The notes under the pieces were generated by a model that did not search any database, had not been told where the DNA came from, and saw only the letters and a list, made by a program, of their open reading frames with translations. A stretch of DNA of 63,648 nt, filler included, from Chiloscyllium plagiosum (lineage: Eukaryota): assembly GCF_004010195.1 (NCBI RefSeq). It is 5 parts of one record of this genome, joined end to end, with 100 filler letters (N's around TTAATTAATTAA, not from the genome) between each part and the next. Parts side by side here need not be neighbours in the genome. Positions count along the whole stretch, not along the records: positions 1 to 24,170 come from NC_057714.1; 4 more parts are not named here. One strand, 5' to 3'. Of this stretch, positions 1 to 13,222 are shown piece by piece. Position 1 is the stretch's first letter; the number at the start of each line of letters is the position of its first letter. The position numbers were made by a program, and so were the translations under genes.

Positions 1-700
1 GACACACATACACACAGACATGCACGCAGACACCCACACACACCCTTACAAACACACACACTCCCACACTCACACATGCACCCCCTCACAGACTTAAGAC
101 ACTCTGCACTCACTACACACACACATACACTTTCTCACACTCACAACCCCCAACCTAGACAGACAGACACACACACAGACAAAGATCCACATGCACACAT
201 ATATTTTGTGGGGTGAATTTGTACTTGCAGAGTTACATTGTACTTTGCTCAAAAACTGCATGAATTTATGTAAAACTCCGTTATCTCACTTTTTAAATTA
301 GAATCAATCTAAACATCATGGCATAGACAGAGAACACAGGGGACCAACACCTTCAACATATTGTCTATCTATCACCATTGTTAACAGCTAACCCGAGAAT
401 GCACTTTTTTAAAAAAAGGTTTTGTGATTTACACATGAAAGAAGTGAAACTATCACTGTATTCTAACAGATGAAAGGCCTAACAGGCAATCAATTTTTCA
501 ATGTATAATTTCAGCTACATCACACTGTAAATTCTTGCTATAAATTCTGTGTGTTAGGATTGAGCCCTCCACTACCACCTGATGAAGGAGCGTTGCTCTG
601 AAAGCTAGTGCTTCCAATTAAACCTGTTGGACTATAACCTGGTGTTGTGTGATTTTTAACTTTGTACACCCCAGTCCAACACCGGCATCTCCAAATCATC
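1..700 (+). mobile_element. Penelope-like element 3' end / pseudo-LTR with (CA)n-rich segment
   Basis: CA-rich tract at 1-200, then a segment (~430-665) also found at 5250-5487 and in reverse at ~1195-1440. Contains a hammerhead core at 579-607. Confidence 0.6.
576..610 (+). ncRNA. minimal type I hammerhead ribozyme motif (Penelope-associated)
   Basis: CAC-CTGATGA-AGGAGC-GTT-GCTCT-GAAAGCTA-GTG: CUGANGA core, stem II, GAAA, palindromic AGCT helix III, CAC/GTG helix I. Confidence 0.65.
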
Positions 701-918
701 CCAGGAATCCACCTGGTACATTTTCTCTGAAATACTTAACGCAAGAATGTCCTTTTTTAAGTAAGATAAATAAATCTCTACACAATACTTGAAATGTAGT
801 ATCAGCAATGTTCTCTAGCAAAACTTCTCTACTTTTAAATTTCTTTTAGATCCCTATGTAAAACACTTCATGTGCCAATCTAATTACTTACTGTATCCGC
901 AAGTAACATTTTAAAAAT

Positions 919-1195
919 TCATTTATGGGATGTGACATTAGTGGTTCCACAACATTTATTTCCCAAACCTAGTTGCCCTCGACAAAGGCTTCTTGAATTG
1001 CTGAAGTCCCTTGGCAAGTAGGGATATCCATAATAATGTGAGAAATGGACTCCAGGATTTTGCTCCAGTGACACTGAAGGAGGAGCAACATGTTTCCAAG
1101 TCAGGATAGTGAATGGCTTGGAAGAAAGCTTGCAAGCGGTCATGTTCCCATATATTGCTGCCTTTGTCGTTCTATGACTTAGAGGTGCCAGTGTT
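919..1195 (-). mobile_element. old LINE 3'-end fragment
   Basis: Similar to 50310-50515 (shared tttcca(a/g)gtca(a/g)gat-gtga-tggcttgga). Family not determined. Confidence 0.45.
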
Positions 1196-1440
1196 GGACT
1201 AGGGTGGACAAAGTTAAAAAATCACACAACACCATAGGTTTATTTGAAAGCACAAGCTTTCAAAGGTCAGCTCCTTCATCAAGTGGTTGTGGAGGATAAG
1301 ACCATAAGATACAGATTTTATAGCCACAGGAGTATAGTGTTATGGAGATGTAATGATACATTAAACAATTTTAGATTCAGTCTTTCATCTTTTAGAATGG
1401 GATGTGCTGGTTTCTGCTCTTTGATATGTTAATCCCAGAA
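1195..1440 (-). mobile_element. Penelope pseudo-LTR fragment
   Basis: Reverse-complement copy of the 520-680 segment, with a degenerate hammerhead core (TTGATGA...GAAAGCTT). Confidence 0.55.
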
Positions 1441-1454
1441 CTTCTTTTCAATTA

Positions 1455-2290
1455 AATAGAACATAGAACATTACAGCGCAGTACAGGCCTTTTAGCCCTC
1501 GATGTTCCGCCAATCTGTGGAACCAATCTGAAGCTCATCCATCCTACACTATTTCATCCTTGTCCATATGACTATCCAATAACCATTTCAATGCCCTTAA
1601 AGTTGGCAAGTCTATTACTGATGCAGGCAGTCCTTTCCACGCCCCTACTACTCTCCGAGTAAAGAAACTACCTCTGATATTTGTCCTATATCTATCACCC
1701 TCAGTTTAAAGTTATGTCCTCTCATGCTGGCCTTCACCATCCGAGGAAAAAGGCTCTCCCTGTCCACCCTATCTAACTCTCTGATTATCTTATATGTCTC
1801 AATTAAGTCACCTCTCAACCTCCTCTTTAACGAAAACAGCCTCAGTTCCCTCAGCCTTTCCTCATAAGACCTTCCCTCCATACCAGGCAACATCCTAGTA
1901 AATCTCCTCTGAACCCTTTCCAAAGCTTCCACATCCTCCTACAATGTGGTGACCAGAACTGTACGCAATACTCTAAGTGTGGCTACACCAAAGTTTTGTA
2001 CAGCTGTAATATGATCTGATGGCTCCGAAACTCAATCCCTCTCCCAATGAAAGCCAATAGACCACATGCCTTCTTAACAACCCTATCAACGTGGGTGGCA
2101 ACTTTCAGGGATCTATGTACATGGACACCGCGATCTCTCTGCTCATCCACACTATCAAGAATCTTACCATCAGCCCAGTACTCTGAATTTCCTGTTACTC
2201 CTTTCAAAGTGAATCGCCTCACACTTTTCCGCGTTAGACTCCATTTGCCACCTCTCAGCCCAGCTCTGCAGCTTATCTATATCCCTCTGA
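1455..2290 (-). mobile_element. CR1 LINE, 3' part of ORF2 plus tail
   Basis: ORF fragments LERVQRRFTRMLPG..RLRGDLIETYKII and LYKTLV; (ttctatg)-type tail. Confidence 0.85.
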
Positions 2291-4778
2291 GATACTGAAG
2301 TATTTCCCAGTATTTTTTTTCTCCATCCATAACACCATGTCTTTTGTCTATACATATGTAGAGGGAGGGAGTTCAGAGGACTATATGTTGATAGTTTAAA
2401 GCTGTTTCTGCAGTGAGAACATAGAGTGTTGCAAGTGATGGGTATGGACAGAGTGGTTGCATTCAGAGTCTTATTAACTCTAATACAGCGTCCGGAAATT
2501 GTTTAAGACCATTCGTGACCAGACATTTTGTAATCATCAGCAAACATGCCCACTTTTGACCTTATGGTGGAGGGATGTTCGTTGATGAAGCAGCTGAAGA
2601 TGGTTGGCCTAGGGCACTATTCTGAAGAACTCCTGCAGAGATGTCCTGGAACTGAGATGACTGACCTTCAACAACTACAACCATCTTCCTATGTGTCAGG
2701 TTTCTCCCTAATGTCCACTGACTCTAGTTTTGATAGGGCTCCTTTACACCACACGGTCAAATGCTACCTTGAGGTCAAGGGTAGTCACTTTTACCTTAGT
2801 AATTTCTGGGAAGGCCTGTGAAGACAGATTGGTGAGAATGGCTCTTGTTCTCTGGCATTTAGAAGAATAAGAGGTGATCTCATTGCAACTTAAAATTCCT
2901 AACATCATAGATAAAGGATCCTCCCCCAGGGACATTGTCGGAGAATAAAAGGGAATTTCAGATATGTGGCTGGAGGAGGAACAGGAATGATTGATGCAGA
3001 TTCCGGGATTTAGATATTTCAGTAAGAACAGAGAAGATGGTAAAAGAGGGGGGTGTGGCATTGTTAATCAAGGGTAGTGTTAGAGCAGCTGAGGTAACGT
3101 TTGAGGACTCATCCACTGAAGTAGATTGACTGAAGTAGAAACAGGAAAGGAGGTCACCCTGTTGGGAGTTTTCTGTAGGCCTCCGAATTGTTCCAAGGAT
3201 GTAGAGGAAAGGACAGCAAAGATGATTCTCGATAGGAGCAAGAGTAACAGAGTAGTTGAAATGGGGGACTTTAACATCCCCAATATTGACTGGGAATACT
3301 TTAGTTCAAGTAGTTTAGATGGGTCAGTTTTTGTTCAATGTGTACAGGAGGGTTTTCTGACTCAGTATGGAGACAGGCCAACAAGGGGAGATGCCATATT
3401 GGATTGGGTACTGAGGGATGTACCAGGCGAGGTGTTAGATTTGAAAGTAGGTGAGCACTTTGGCAATAGTGACTACAATTCAGTTATGTTTATAATTGCA
3501 ATGGGCAGGGATAGGTATATACTGCAGGGAAATAGGTATAACGGGGAGAAAGGCAATGATGTGATTTAGGATGGGGAAGGAAACTGCAGGGGATGGACAC
3601 ACTTGAAATGTGGAGCTTATTCAAGGAACAACTATTGTGGGTCCTTGACAAGTATATACCTCTAGGGCAGGGAGATAGTTGTTGAGAGAGGGAGCCATGG
3701 TTTACTAAAGAAGTTGAAGTTCTTGTCAAAACGAAGAAGGCAGCTTATGTGGGGAGGAGCGCGTGAAGGCTCAGTTAGGGGGCTTGAGAGTTATAAGGTA
3801 GCCAGAAAAGAACTGAAGAGAGGGCTAAGAAGAGCCAGGAGGGGACATGAGAAGTTGTTGGTGGATAGGATCAAGGCAAACTCTAAGGCCTTCTATAGGA
3901 GTATCAGGAATAAAAGAATGATTAGAGTAATATGAGGGCCAATCAAAGACAGTAGTGGGAAGTTGTGTGTGGAATCTGAGGACATAGGGGAAGGGCTTAA
4001 CGAATACTTTTCATCAGTATTCACATTGGAAAGGGGCAATGTTAGTGAGAATACGGAGATACAGGCTACTAGATTAGATGGGATTGATGATGACAAAGAG
4101 GAGGTTTTAGCAATTTGGAAGATCTGAAAATAGATAAATCCCCTGGGCCGAATGGGATTTATCCTTGGATTCTCTGGGAAGCCCGGGAGGAGATTGCTGA
4201 GCCTTTGGCTTTGATCTTTATGTCATCATTGTTGGCAGGAGTAGTGTGAGCAAACTAGAGGACAGCAAATATTGTTCACTTGTTCAAGAAGGCTGTAGGG
4301 CCAACCCTGGTAATTATAAGCCAGTGAGCCTTACTTCGGTCGTGGGTAAGGTGTTGGAAAGGTTATAAGAGATAGGATTTATAATCATTTGGAAAGGAAT
4401 AATTTGATGAGGGATAGTCAACACGGTTTTGTGAAGGGTAGATCGTGCCTCACTAACCTGATTGAGTTCTTCAAGAGGTGACAAAACAGATGGATGAGGA
4501 CGAAGTGGTTGATGGGTTGTACATGGACTTCAGTAAGGCGTTTGATAAGGTAGGCTATTGCACAAAATACAGAGTTTTGGGATTGAAGGTGATTTAGCAG
4601 TTTTGATCAGAAATTGGCTAGCTGAAAGAAGACAGAGGGTGATGGTTGATGGGAAATGTTCATCCTGGAGCTCAGTTACTAGTGGTGTGCCACAAGATTC
4701 AGTTTTGGGGCCACTGATTTTGTCATTTTTATAAATGATTTGGATGTGGGCATAGAATGATGAGTTAGTGAATTTGCA

Positions 4779-4903
4779 GGAGAAAGTGAGGTCTGCAGTG
4801 CTGGAGATCAGAGTCGAGATTGTGGTGCTGGAAAAGCACAGCAGGTCAGGCAGCATCAGAGGAGCAGGAGAATCGACGTTTTGGACCGGAGCCCTTCATC
4901 AGG
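4779..4903 (-). mobile_element. short Penelope pLTR insertion with degenerate hammerhead
   Basis: ~125-bp element interrupting the CR1 RT. Near-duplicated flanks agt(g/a)aatttgcagg. Minus strand CTGATGAAGGGC...AAAACGTC. Confidence 0.65.
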
Positions 4904-5216
4904 GATCCATCAGTAAATTTGCAGGGGACATTAAGGTAGGCAGAGTTGCGGATAGTGGCAAAGGATGTTGTGGGTTACAGAGGGACATAGATAAGATGCA
5001 GAGCTGGGCTAAGAAGTGGAGTTTAATGTGGAAAAGTGTAAGGTAGTTCACTTCAGAAGAAATAACAAGAATGCAGAGTACTGGGCTAATGGTAAAATGC
5101 CTGGCTGTGTAGATGAACAGAGAGATCTCGGTGTCCAGGTGCATAGATCCCTGAAAGTTGCCAACCATGCTGATAGGGTTGCTAAGAAGGCTTATGGTGT
5201 GTTGGCGTTTATTGAG

Positions 5217-5487
5217 AATGTAATTTTTAAAAATAGTTTAGCGATTTACTTATGAAAGAACTGAAACCAACATGGTCATTCTAAAAGATGAGAGACTTAA
5301 CAAACAATCAAGGTCTTTTTCAATATATAATTTCAATTACATCACACTGTAAACTTTTGCTATAAATTCTGTGTCTTACAATCTTATTCTCCACAACCAC
5401 CTGATGAAGAAGCAATGCTCTGAAAGCTAGTGCTTCCAAATAAACCTGATGGACTATAATCTGGTGTTGAGTGATTTTTAACTTTGG
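5217..5487 (+). mobile_element. Penelope pLTR insertion with hammerhead motif (5401-5429)
   Basis: Homologous to 430-665 and interrupts CR1; CTGATGA-AGAAGC-AAT-GCTCT-GAAAGCTA-GTG. Confidence 0.65.
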
Positions 5488-6159
5488 TAGGGGGATTGAG
5501 TTTCGGAGCCACGAGGTCATGCTTCAGCTGTACAAGACACTGGTAAGGCCGCACTTGGAGTATTGCGTACAGTTCTAGTCACCGCCTTATAGGAAGGATG
5601 TGAAAGCTTTGGAAAGCGTTCAAAGGAGATTTACTAGGATATTGCCTGGTATGGAAGGAAGGTCTTATGAGGAAAGGCTGAGGGAACTGAGGCTGTTTTC
5701 ATTGGAGAGAAGAAGGTTGTGAGGTGACTTAATCGAGACGTGGAAGATAATCAGAGGGTTAGATAGGGTGGACAGTAAGAGTCTTTTTCCTCGGATGGTG
5801 AAGACTAACACGAGGTGACATAGCTTTAAATTGAGGGGTGATAGATTTGGGACAGATATCAAGGGTTGTTTCTTTACTCAGAGTAGTAGGGACTTGGAAT
5901 GGCCTTCCTGTAACAGTATTATACATGCTGATGTTAAGGGCATTTAAATGGGCTTTGGGCATACAAATGGATAATAATGGAACGGTGTAGGTTAGATGGA
6001 CATCAGATTAATTTCACAGGTTGGCACAACATCAAGGGCTGTACTGCACTGTAACGTTCTATGTTCTATGAAAACCATTTAGGACTGAGATGAGGCAGAA
6101 CCTCTTCATTCAGAGGATAGTGAATATTTGGAATTCTATACCCAGAGAGCCATGGAAAA

Positions 6160-7518
6160 GATAGTAGTGGGAAACAAGGAATAGCTAAGGAACCAAACAA
6201 TTACTTCATGGTGGAAGACACAAGTAATATTCCAAAGATTCAAGAAAGTGAGGGGTCAGAGCTGAGTATGGTGGCCATCACCAAGGAGAAGGTGCTAGAA
6301 AAACTGAATGGCCGGAAGGTGGATAAATCACCTGGACCAGATGGACTATACCCCGGAGTTCTCAGGGAGATAGCTGAAGAGATAGTGGAGACATCAGTGG
6401 TGATCTTTCAAGAATTGCTACAATCAACGAGAGTCCCAGAGGGGTGGAAAATTACTAACGTGACACCCCTTTTTAAAAAGTGAGAAAGGCAAAAGATGGA
6501 AAATTACAGACCGATTAGCCTAACCTCAGTTGTGGGTAAAATCCTGGAATCCATTGTGAGGGCTAAGATTTCTGAATACTTGGAAATGCACAATAAAATA
6601 GGGCAAAGTCAATATGGTTTCATCAAGAGGATGTGGTGCCTGATAAATCTGCTAGAATTCTTTGAGGAAGTAACGAGCAGGTCAGCCCAAGGAGACCCAT
6701 TGGATGTTATCAACCTGGACTTCAAGAAGGATTTGGCAAGGTGCCACATAGGAGGCTACTGAGTAAGATAAGGGCCCATTGTGTTTGAGGCAAAGTATGA
6801 GCATGGATAGAGGCCTGGCTGTCTGGCAGGAAGAAGAGAGTGGGGATAAAAGTCTCCTTCTCAGGATGGCAGCCGATGACAAGTGGTGTTCCGCAAGGCT
6901 CGGAGTTGGGACCACAGTTTTTCATTTTACCCACAAACGATCTAGATGAAGGAACTCAGGGCATTCTGGCTACATTTGCAAATGATACAAAAGTAGGTAC
7001 AGGGACGGGTAAGATTGAGGAGGAGGGGAGGCTGTAGATGGACTTGGACAGGGTAGGAAGTGGATAAAGAAGTGGCAGAGGGAATACAATGTGGGGAGGT
7101 GTGAGGTTATACACTTTGGGAGGAAGAATAGAAAAATGGATTATTTTCTAAATGGGGAGAACATTCAGAAATCTGAAGTACAAAGAGACTTGGGAGTTCT
7201 TGTCCAAGATTCTCTCAAAGTAAACTTGCGGGTTGAATCAGTAGTTAGGAAGGCAAATGCAATGTTGGCATTTAATTTGAGAGGACTTGAATATAAAAGC
7301 AGGGGTGTATTTCTGAGGCTCTATAAGACTCTGGTCAGACCACATCTGGAGTATTGTGTGCAGTTTTGGGTCTCATATCTCAGGAAAGATGTACTGGCCT
7401 TGGAGCATGTTCAGAGGAGGTTCACGAGAATGGTCCCAGGAATGAAAAGCTGAATATATGAGGAGCATTTGAGGACTCTGGGTCTATACTCGATGGAGTC
7501 CAGAAGGTTGGAAGGATA
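6160..7518 (+). mobile_element. CR1 LINE ORF2 RT region, decayed
   Basis: KSPGPDG, NYRPISLTS, SGVPQGSELGP, FANDTK, RPHLEYCVQFW. Confidence 0.9.
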
Positions 7519-7519
7519 G

Positions 7520-8433
7520 AGTCATAGAGATGTACAGCATGGAAACAGACCCTTCGGTCCAAGCCGTCTATGCCGACCAAATATCCCAATCCAATCTAGT
7601 CCCACCTGCCAGCACCTGGCCCATATCCCTCCAAACCCTTCCTATTCATATACCCATCCAAATGCCTCTTAAATGTTGCAATTGTACCAGCCTCCACCAC
7701 TTCCTCTGGCATTTCATTCCATACACGTACCACTCTCTGTGTGAAAACGTTGCCCCTTAGGTCTCTTTTATATCTTTCCACTCTCACCTATGCCCTCTAG
7801 TTCTGGACTCCCTGACCCCAAGGAAAAGACTTTGTCTATTTATCTTATCCATACCCCTCATGATTTTATAAACCTCTATAAGGTCACCCCTCAGCCTCCG
7901 ACGTTCCAGGGAAAACAGCTCCAGCTTGTTCAGCCTCTCCCTACAGCTCAGATCCCCCAACCCTGTGTAAACCTTTTTTGAACCCTTTCAAGTTTCAAAA
8001 CATTCTTCCGATAGGAAGGAGACCAGAATTGCACGCAATATTCCAACAGTGGCCTAACCAATGTCCTGTACAGCCGCAACATGCAGCACCTTGCATTTAT
8101 CTGAACTAAACTCCATCTGCCACTTCTCAGCCCATTGGCCCATCTGGTCCAGATCATATTGTAATCGGAGGTAACCCTCTTCGCTGTCCACTACACCTCC
8201 AATTTTGGTGTCATCTGCAAACTTACTAACTGTACCTCTTTTGCTCTCTTCCAAATCACTTATGTAAATGACAAAAAGTAGAGGACCCAGCACCGATCCT
8301 TGTGGCTCTCCACTGGTCACAGGCCTCCAGTCTGAAAAACAACCCTCCACCACCACGCTCTGTCTTCTACCTTTGAGCCAGTTCTGTATCCAAATGGCTA
8401 GTTCTCCCTGTATTCCATGAGATCTAACCTTGG
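7520..8433 (-). mobile_element. CR1 LINE 3' half, internally deleted
   Basis: SGEPQGSVLGPLLF, KFADDTK, FTQRVVRVWN. Confidence 0.85.
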
Positions 8434-8641
8434 AAATGAGGAAACTGGTGAAGTCCACATTGATGCCTTGGGGTTGAAGTGTTCCGAGGCGGAAGATGAG
8501 GCGTTCTTCCCACCACCCAACGCCTGGAGGAAGAATGCCTCATCTACCACCTCGGAACACTTCAACCCCAGGGCATCAATGTGGACTTCACCAGTTTCCT
8601 CATTTCCAAGGTTAGATCTCATGGAATACAGGGAGAACTAG
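8398..8641. repeat. long inverted repeat (113-bp arms, 18-nt spacer), CR1/Penelope chimera
   Basis: 8398-8510 is the near-perfect reverse complement of 8529-8641; the ORF track gives near-identical peptides on both strands. Confidence 0.9.
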
Positions 8642-8742
8642 TACCCCCATTCACCTATTGTACTCTGTGCTACCTTCTCCCAAGTCCGCCCCCCCCCCCC
8701 CGCCCACATTTCTCTCTCCACCCTGGAGGCTCCCTGCCTCTA

Positions 8743-8776
8743 TTCCTGATGAAGGGCTTTTGCCCGAAACGTCAAT
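8743..8776 (+). ncRNA. minimal hammerhead ribozyme motif
   Basis: CTGATGA-A-GGGC-TTTT-GCCC-GAAACGTC, intact core. Confidence 0.65.
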
Positions 8777-8924
8777 GGTCTCTGGGAGAATTCCGGACAG
8801 GGGGAGAAAGGCTGTCTCCGGCCACAACCCCAACCCCCAACGTTTCTGGGGAAGACATTCCAAAACACCCAGGGGATTACTCCCCACACCCCCAAACCCC
8901 CTCTTCTCCCCTCCCCCTCTACTT

Positions 8925-10190
8925 TTGGGCTCCCCTACCTGGGGAAAAGACCTTGGCTATTCACCCTGTACATGGCCCTCATGATTTTATAAATGTCTGT
9001 ATGGTCACCTCTCAGTCTCCGACGCTCCAGGGTGAATAGTCCTGCTTATTCAGCCTCTCTCTATAGCTCAACCCTTCAACCTTGGCAAAATCCTTGTAAA
9101 TCCTTTCTGAGCCCTTTCAAGTTTCACAACATCTTTCCTAAAGCACAGTGACCAATATTCCAAAAGTGGCCGAACCAATGTCCTTGGCAGCCACAATATA
9201 ACCTCTCATCACTTGTACTCAATGCTCTGACCAATAAAGGCAAGCATTCCAAACGCCTTCTTCACTACCCTGTCTACCTGTGACTCTACTTTCAAGCAAC
9301 TTTGAATCCTGCACTCCAAGATCTCTTTGTTCAGCAACACTCCCCAGAACCTCACCATTAAATGTATAAGTCCTTCCTGGATTTTCCCTATCAAAATGCA
9401 GCATCTCACACATTTATCTAGGTTAAACACCATCTGCCATCCTTTGATGTGTCCATCTGATCAAGGTCCCATTGTACTCTGAGGTAACCTTTCTTGCCAT
9501 CCACTAATTTTGGTGTCATCTGCAAACTTCCTAACCATTCCTCATTTATTCACATCCAAATTATTTATATAATAGGGTGAATAGCCACGGTCTTTTCCCC
9601 AGGGTAGCGGAGTCCAGAACTAGAGGGCATTGGTTTAATGTGAGAGGGGAAAGATTTATGGAGACTTTCAGAGCAATATTTTCACCGAGAGGGTGGTACG
9701 TGTATGGAATGAGCTGCCAGGAGAAGTGGTGGAGGCTGGTAAAATTACAACATTTAAAAGGCATCTGGATGGATATATGAATAGGGAAGGTTTGGAGAGA
9801 TATGGGCCAAATGCTGGCAAATGGGACTAGGTTAATTTAGGATATCTGGTCAGCATGGATGAGATGGAATGAAATGTATGTTTCCATACTGTACACCTCT
9901 ATGACTCTAAATGACAAAAAGCAGTGGACAGAGTCTTGTGGCACACCACTGGTCACAGGCCTCCAGTCCAAAAAGCAAACCTCCAACACCACCTTCTGTC
10001 CCCTACCTTCGAGCCAGTTCTGTATCCAAATGGCTAGTTCTCCCTGTATTCCATCTTGCTAAACAGTCCACCATATGGAACCATGTCAAACGCCTTACCA
10101 AAGTTGATAATAGACAATGTCCATGGCTCTGCATTCATCAATCATTTTTGCCACTTCTTCAAAAAAAACTCAATCAAGTTAATGAGAGAC
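8925..10190 (-). mobile_element. CR1 LINE fragment, with a plus-oriented CR1 3' end at ~9573-9908
   Basis: RT-region peptides on minus (KVESQVDRVVKKAFGML); plus segment encodes LFPRVAESRTRGH and ends in a ctctatgactcta tail. Confidence 0.8.
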
Positions 10191-10624
10191 AATCAGGCCA
10201 TTCCCTTCATCATTGATGCTATTTCAAACTTGCACTGAAGGCTTTCAGTTAATGGCAGATGTTAGATGGTGCAGATAGCCTAGGGACTCAGTCACAGTGG
10301 GGATTTACAAACACCTGCCATTAGATGGAGCCTGGCCAATACAAAATATAGGTTATTGTATTTTCTTTAAATACTTGAACTAATTATAAAGAAAAACAAC
10401 ACAATAATACCCTGTACAGTATCTTATTTTGCAAGATATTTCAGCGACATGTATGGTACAGTATTTTCAACTTGCATTTTGTCTTTCTTCCTCTCAAAAG
10501 ATCCAAAGGACCTTAATCTGTGCTTTAAGTCAAATGACTATAACATCGATTCCAATAGGAATCTATGATTCATTTAAAGTCTCAATTTTCACGAATGAAA
10601 CCACAGATTTTGCTCATATTCCTC

Positions 10625-10970
10625 GGGGGCATGGTGGCTCAGTGGTTAGCACTGCTACCTCACAGCACCAGGGACCCGAGTTCGATTCCAGCCTTGGGCC
10701 ACTGTCTGTGTGGAGTTTGCACATTCTCCCCATGTCTAGATGGGTTTCCTCCTGGTGCTCCGGTTTCCTCCCACAATCACAAAGATGTGTATGTTAGGTG
10801 AACTGGCCATGCTAAATTGCCCATGGTGTTCAGGGATATGTTACGTGTATTAGTCAGGGGAAAATGTAGAGTAGTAGGGTAATGGGTCTGGGTAGGGTTA
10901 TTCTTTGAAGGGTCGGTGTGGACTTGTTGTGCCAAAGGGCCTGTTTCCACGCTGTAGGGATTCTATGATG
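10625..10970 (+). mobile_element. tRNA-derived V-domain SINE (HE1-like)
   Basis: A box tggctcagtggttagc, B box gttcgattcc, V-domain gggtttcctcc..gctccggtttcctcccac, CR1-like tail. Confidence 0.85.
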
Positions 10971-11817
10971 CCTCAGTTAAAATTAGAGAGCAATACAGTA
11001 CATCTTCACTTAATTAGCATGTAATTCCATTTCTCCACCTGACTTCCTCTCGCCAGATTCTCACTTTAACACCTTCACTGTTGGCTGTGCACTCAGCCAG
11101 CTCGTGCTATCTGCTCCACATGTTGCAGTATACTTGTCATATTACATTAGCACACTTACAATTCCTTGAAACAACTCCCTTAATGACTTGGTCTTTGCAA
11201 TGACAAAATGTCCGATTGCTTATAGTATGTGTGTTGAAGTTAGATGTGGTGTTAGGGTAGATGGTCTCATGAGTAAACATATCACAAGTCCATAAATAAA
11301 CTACTTGTAGGAAGGGAGGCGGCGTTTCAGGGCATAGGGTGTGTCAGTTTACACAGTGTGGAGCCAACTTTGAAAGATGACTGAGCAGCAATAAAATATT
11401 CATGGTGAATAACCTGAACAACAAAGGCTGTAGCATTCCAATCAACTCACGCAGTTTAAAGTTCACATTAAGTGTCATCAAATAATTGCACAACATGTAC
11501 TATGAACAGTGTAAGCCAAATGAACACTTTCTGCGGGGAGACAGATTGCATGCCTGGATGTGTGTAGCAGCAGTTGGTGCTTGAGTTAGCATTTCCCAGA
11601 GTACAGAGTGCAGCTTGTGTGAAGATACAAGTACAAGTTACTAGGGAACTAAGCATTGTCAAATAAGGTCAACATTTGCAAGTAGTTCATTTTAAAAGCC
11701 CCTTGTAAATATACATAGAATCTTGCTGACCGTCTATAGATAGCGTCACATTGCTCAAGACCCTTTAATACCTGTGATAAATAGTGAGGATGGACGGACA
11801 TACATGACAGGAGGATG

Positions 11818-11953
11818 TCATTCCTGATGAAGGGTTATGCCTGAAACGTTGACTACCCTGCTCCTCGGATGCTGCCTCGGTGTGCTGCTGTTCTTTTCCA
11901 GCAGCACACTTTTCAACTTTGATCTCCAGCATCTGCAATCGTCACTTTCTCCA
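11818..11953 (+). mobile_element. short Penelope pLTR insertion with hammerhead (11824-11850)
   Basis: CTGATGAAGGGTTATGCCTGAAACGTT; flanked by repeated acaggagga. Confidence 0.7.
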
Positions 11954-12159
11954 ACAGGAGGACATAGACTGGATGGTCAGATGGGCTGATCAGTGACAAT
12001 GGAATTCAATCTGGATAAATGTGAGGTGCTACACTTGGACAAGCCAAACTGGGCAAGAGAATATATGATAAACAGTAGGATCCTGGGACACATCAAGGAT
12101 CTCAGTGTGCATATCCACCGACATATTGGATATTTGCCTTTATTAGGCAAGGTGTAGGT

Positions 12160-13222
12160 TAGAACGTAGAACATAGAGAAGTACAGCACAGAACTGGCCC
12201 TTTGGTCCACGATGTTGTGCTGAGATTTAATCCTAATGTAAAATATAGTAACTTAACCTACACACCCCTCAACTCACTGCTATCCATGTGCATGTCCAGC
12301 AGTCACTTAAACGTCCCCAATGACTCTGCTTCCACCATCACCGCTGGCAACGCATTCCATGCATTCACAACTCTGCATAAAGAACCTACCTCTGACGTCT
12401 CTATTATACCTTCCTCCTAATATCTTCTCGTACCAGCCCATCCTGCCCTGGGGAAAAGTCTCTCTATCTATTCCTCTCATTATTTTGTACACCTCGATCA
12501 GGTCTCCTCTCTTCCTCCTTTTCTCCAAAGAGAAAGGTCTGAGCTTATTCAACCTTTCTTCATAAGGCAAGCCCTCCAGTTCAGGCAGCAACCTGGTAAA
12601 CCTTCTTTGCACCCTCTCCAAAGCCTCTGTATCTTTCCTATAGTAGGGTGACCAGAATTGGACACAATATTCCAAGTGTGGTCTCACCAGGGACTTGTAG
12701 AGCTGTAGCAAAATCTTGCAGCTCTTAAACTCATTCCCCCTGTTAATGAAAGCCAAAACACCACATGCTTTCTTAACAATCCTATCCACTTGGGTGGCAA
12801 CTTTGAGGGATCTATGTAATTGCACACCCAGATCCCTCTGTTCCTCCAGACTGCCAAGAATCCTGTCTTTAATCCTATATTCAGTATTCAAGTTCGACCT
12901 TGCAAAATGGATCACTTCGCATTTATCCAGAGTGAACCCCATCTGCCATTTTTCAGGCCAGCTCTGCATCCTGCCTATGTTGCGCTGCAGCCTGCAGTAG
13001 CCCTCTATACCATCGACGACACCTCCAACCTTTGTGTCATCTGCAAATTTACTAACCCATCCATCAATCTCCTCATTCAAGTCATTTATAAAAACTACAA
13101 AGAGCAGAGGCCCAAGTACAGAGCCTTGCGGGAGCCCACTCAACACTGACCTCCAGGCAGAATACTTTCCATCTACAGCCACTCTCTGCATTCTGTCAGC
13201 CAGCCAATTCTGAATCCAGATT
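12160..13222 (-). mobile_element. CR1 LINE RT C-terminal half (294-aa open frame)
   Basis: PQGSVLGPLLF, KFADDTK, RPHLEYCVQFWSP. Confidence 0.9.

Larger units (their letters stand above)
2940..6070 (+). mobile_element. CR1 LINE ORF2 (APE endonuclease + RT), decayed, with Penelope insertions
   Basis: GDFNIPNIDW and HFGNSDYN endonuclease motifs; RT motifs (SGVPQ, SKFAGD); ends in ttctatgttctatg tail. Confidence 0.9.

Noticed and set aside
12307..13191. 294-aa RT ORF as a host or domesticated gene
   Set aside because: 5'-truncated CR1 fragment with many similar decayed copies in the window.
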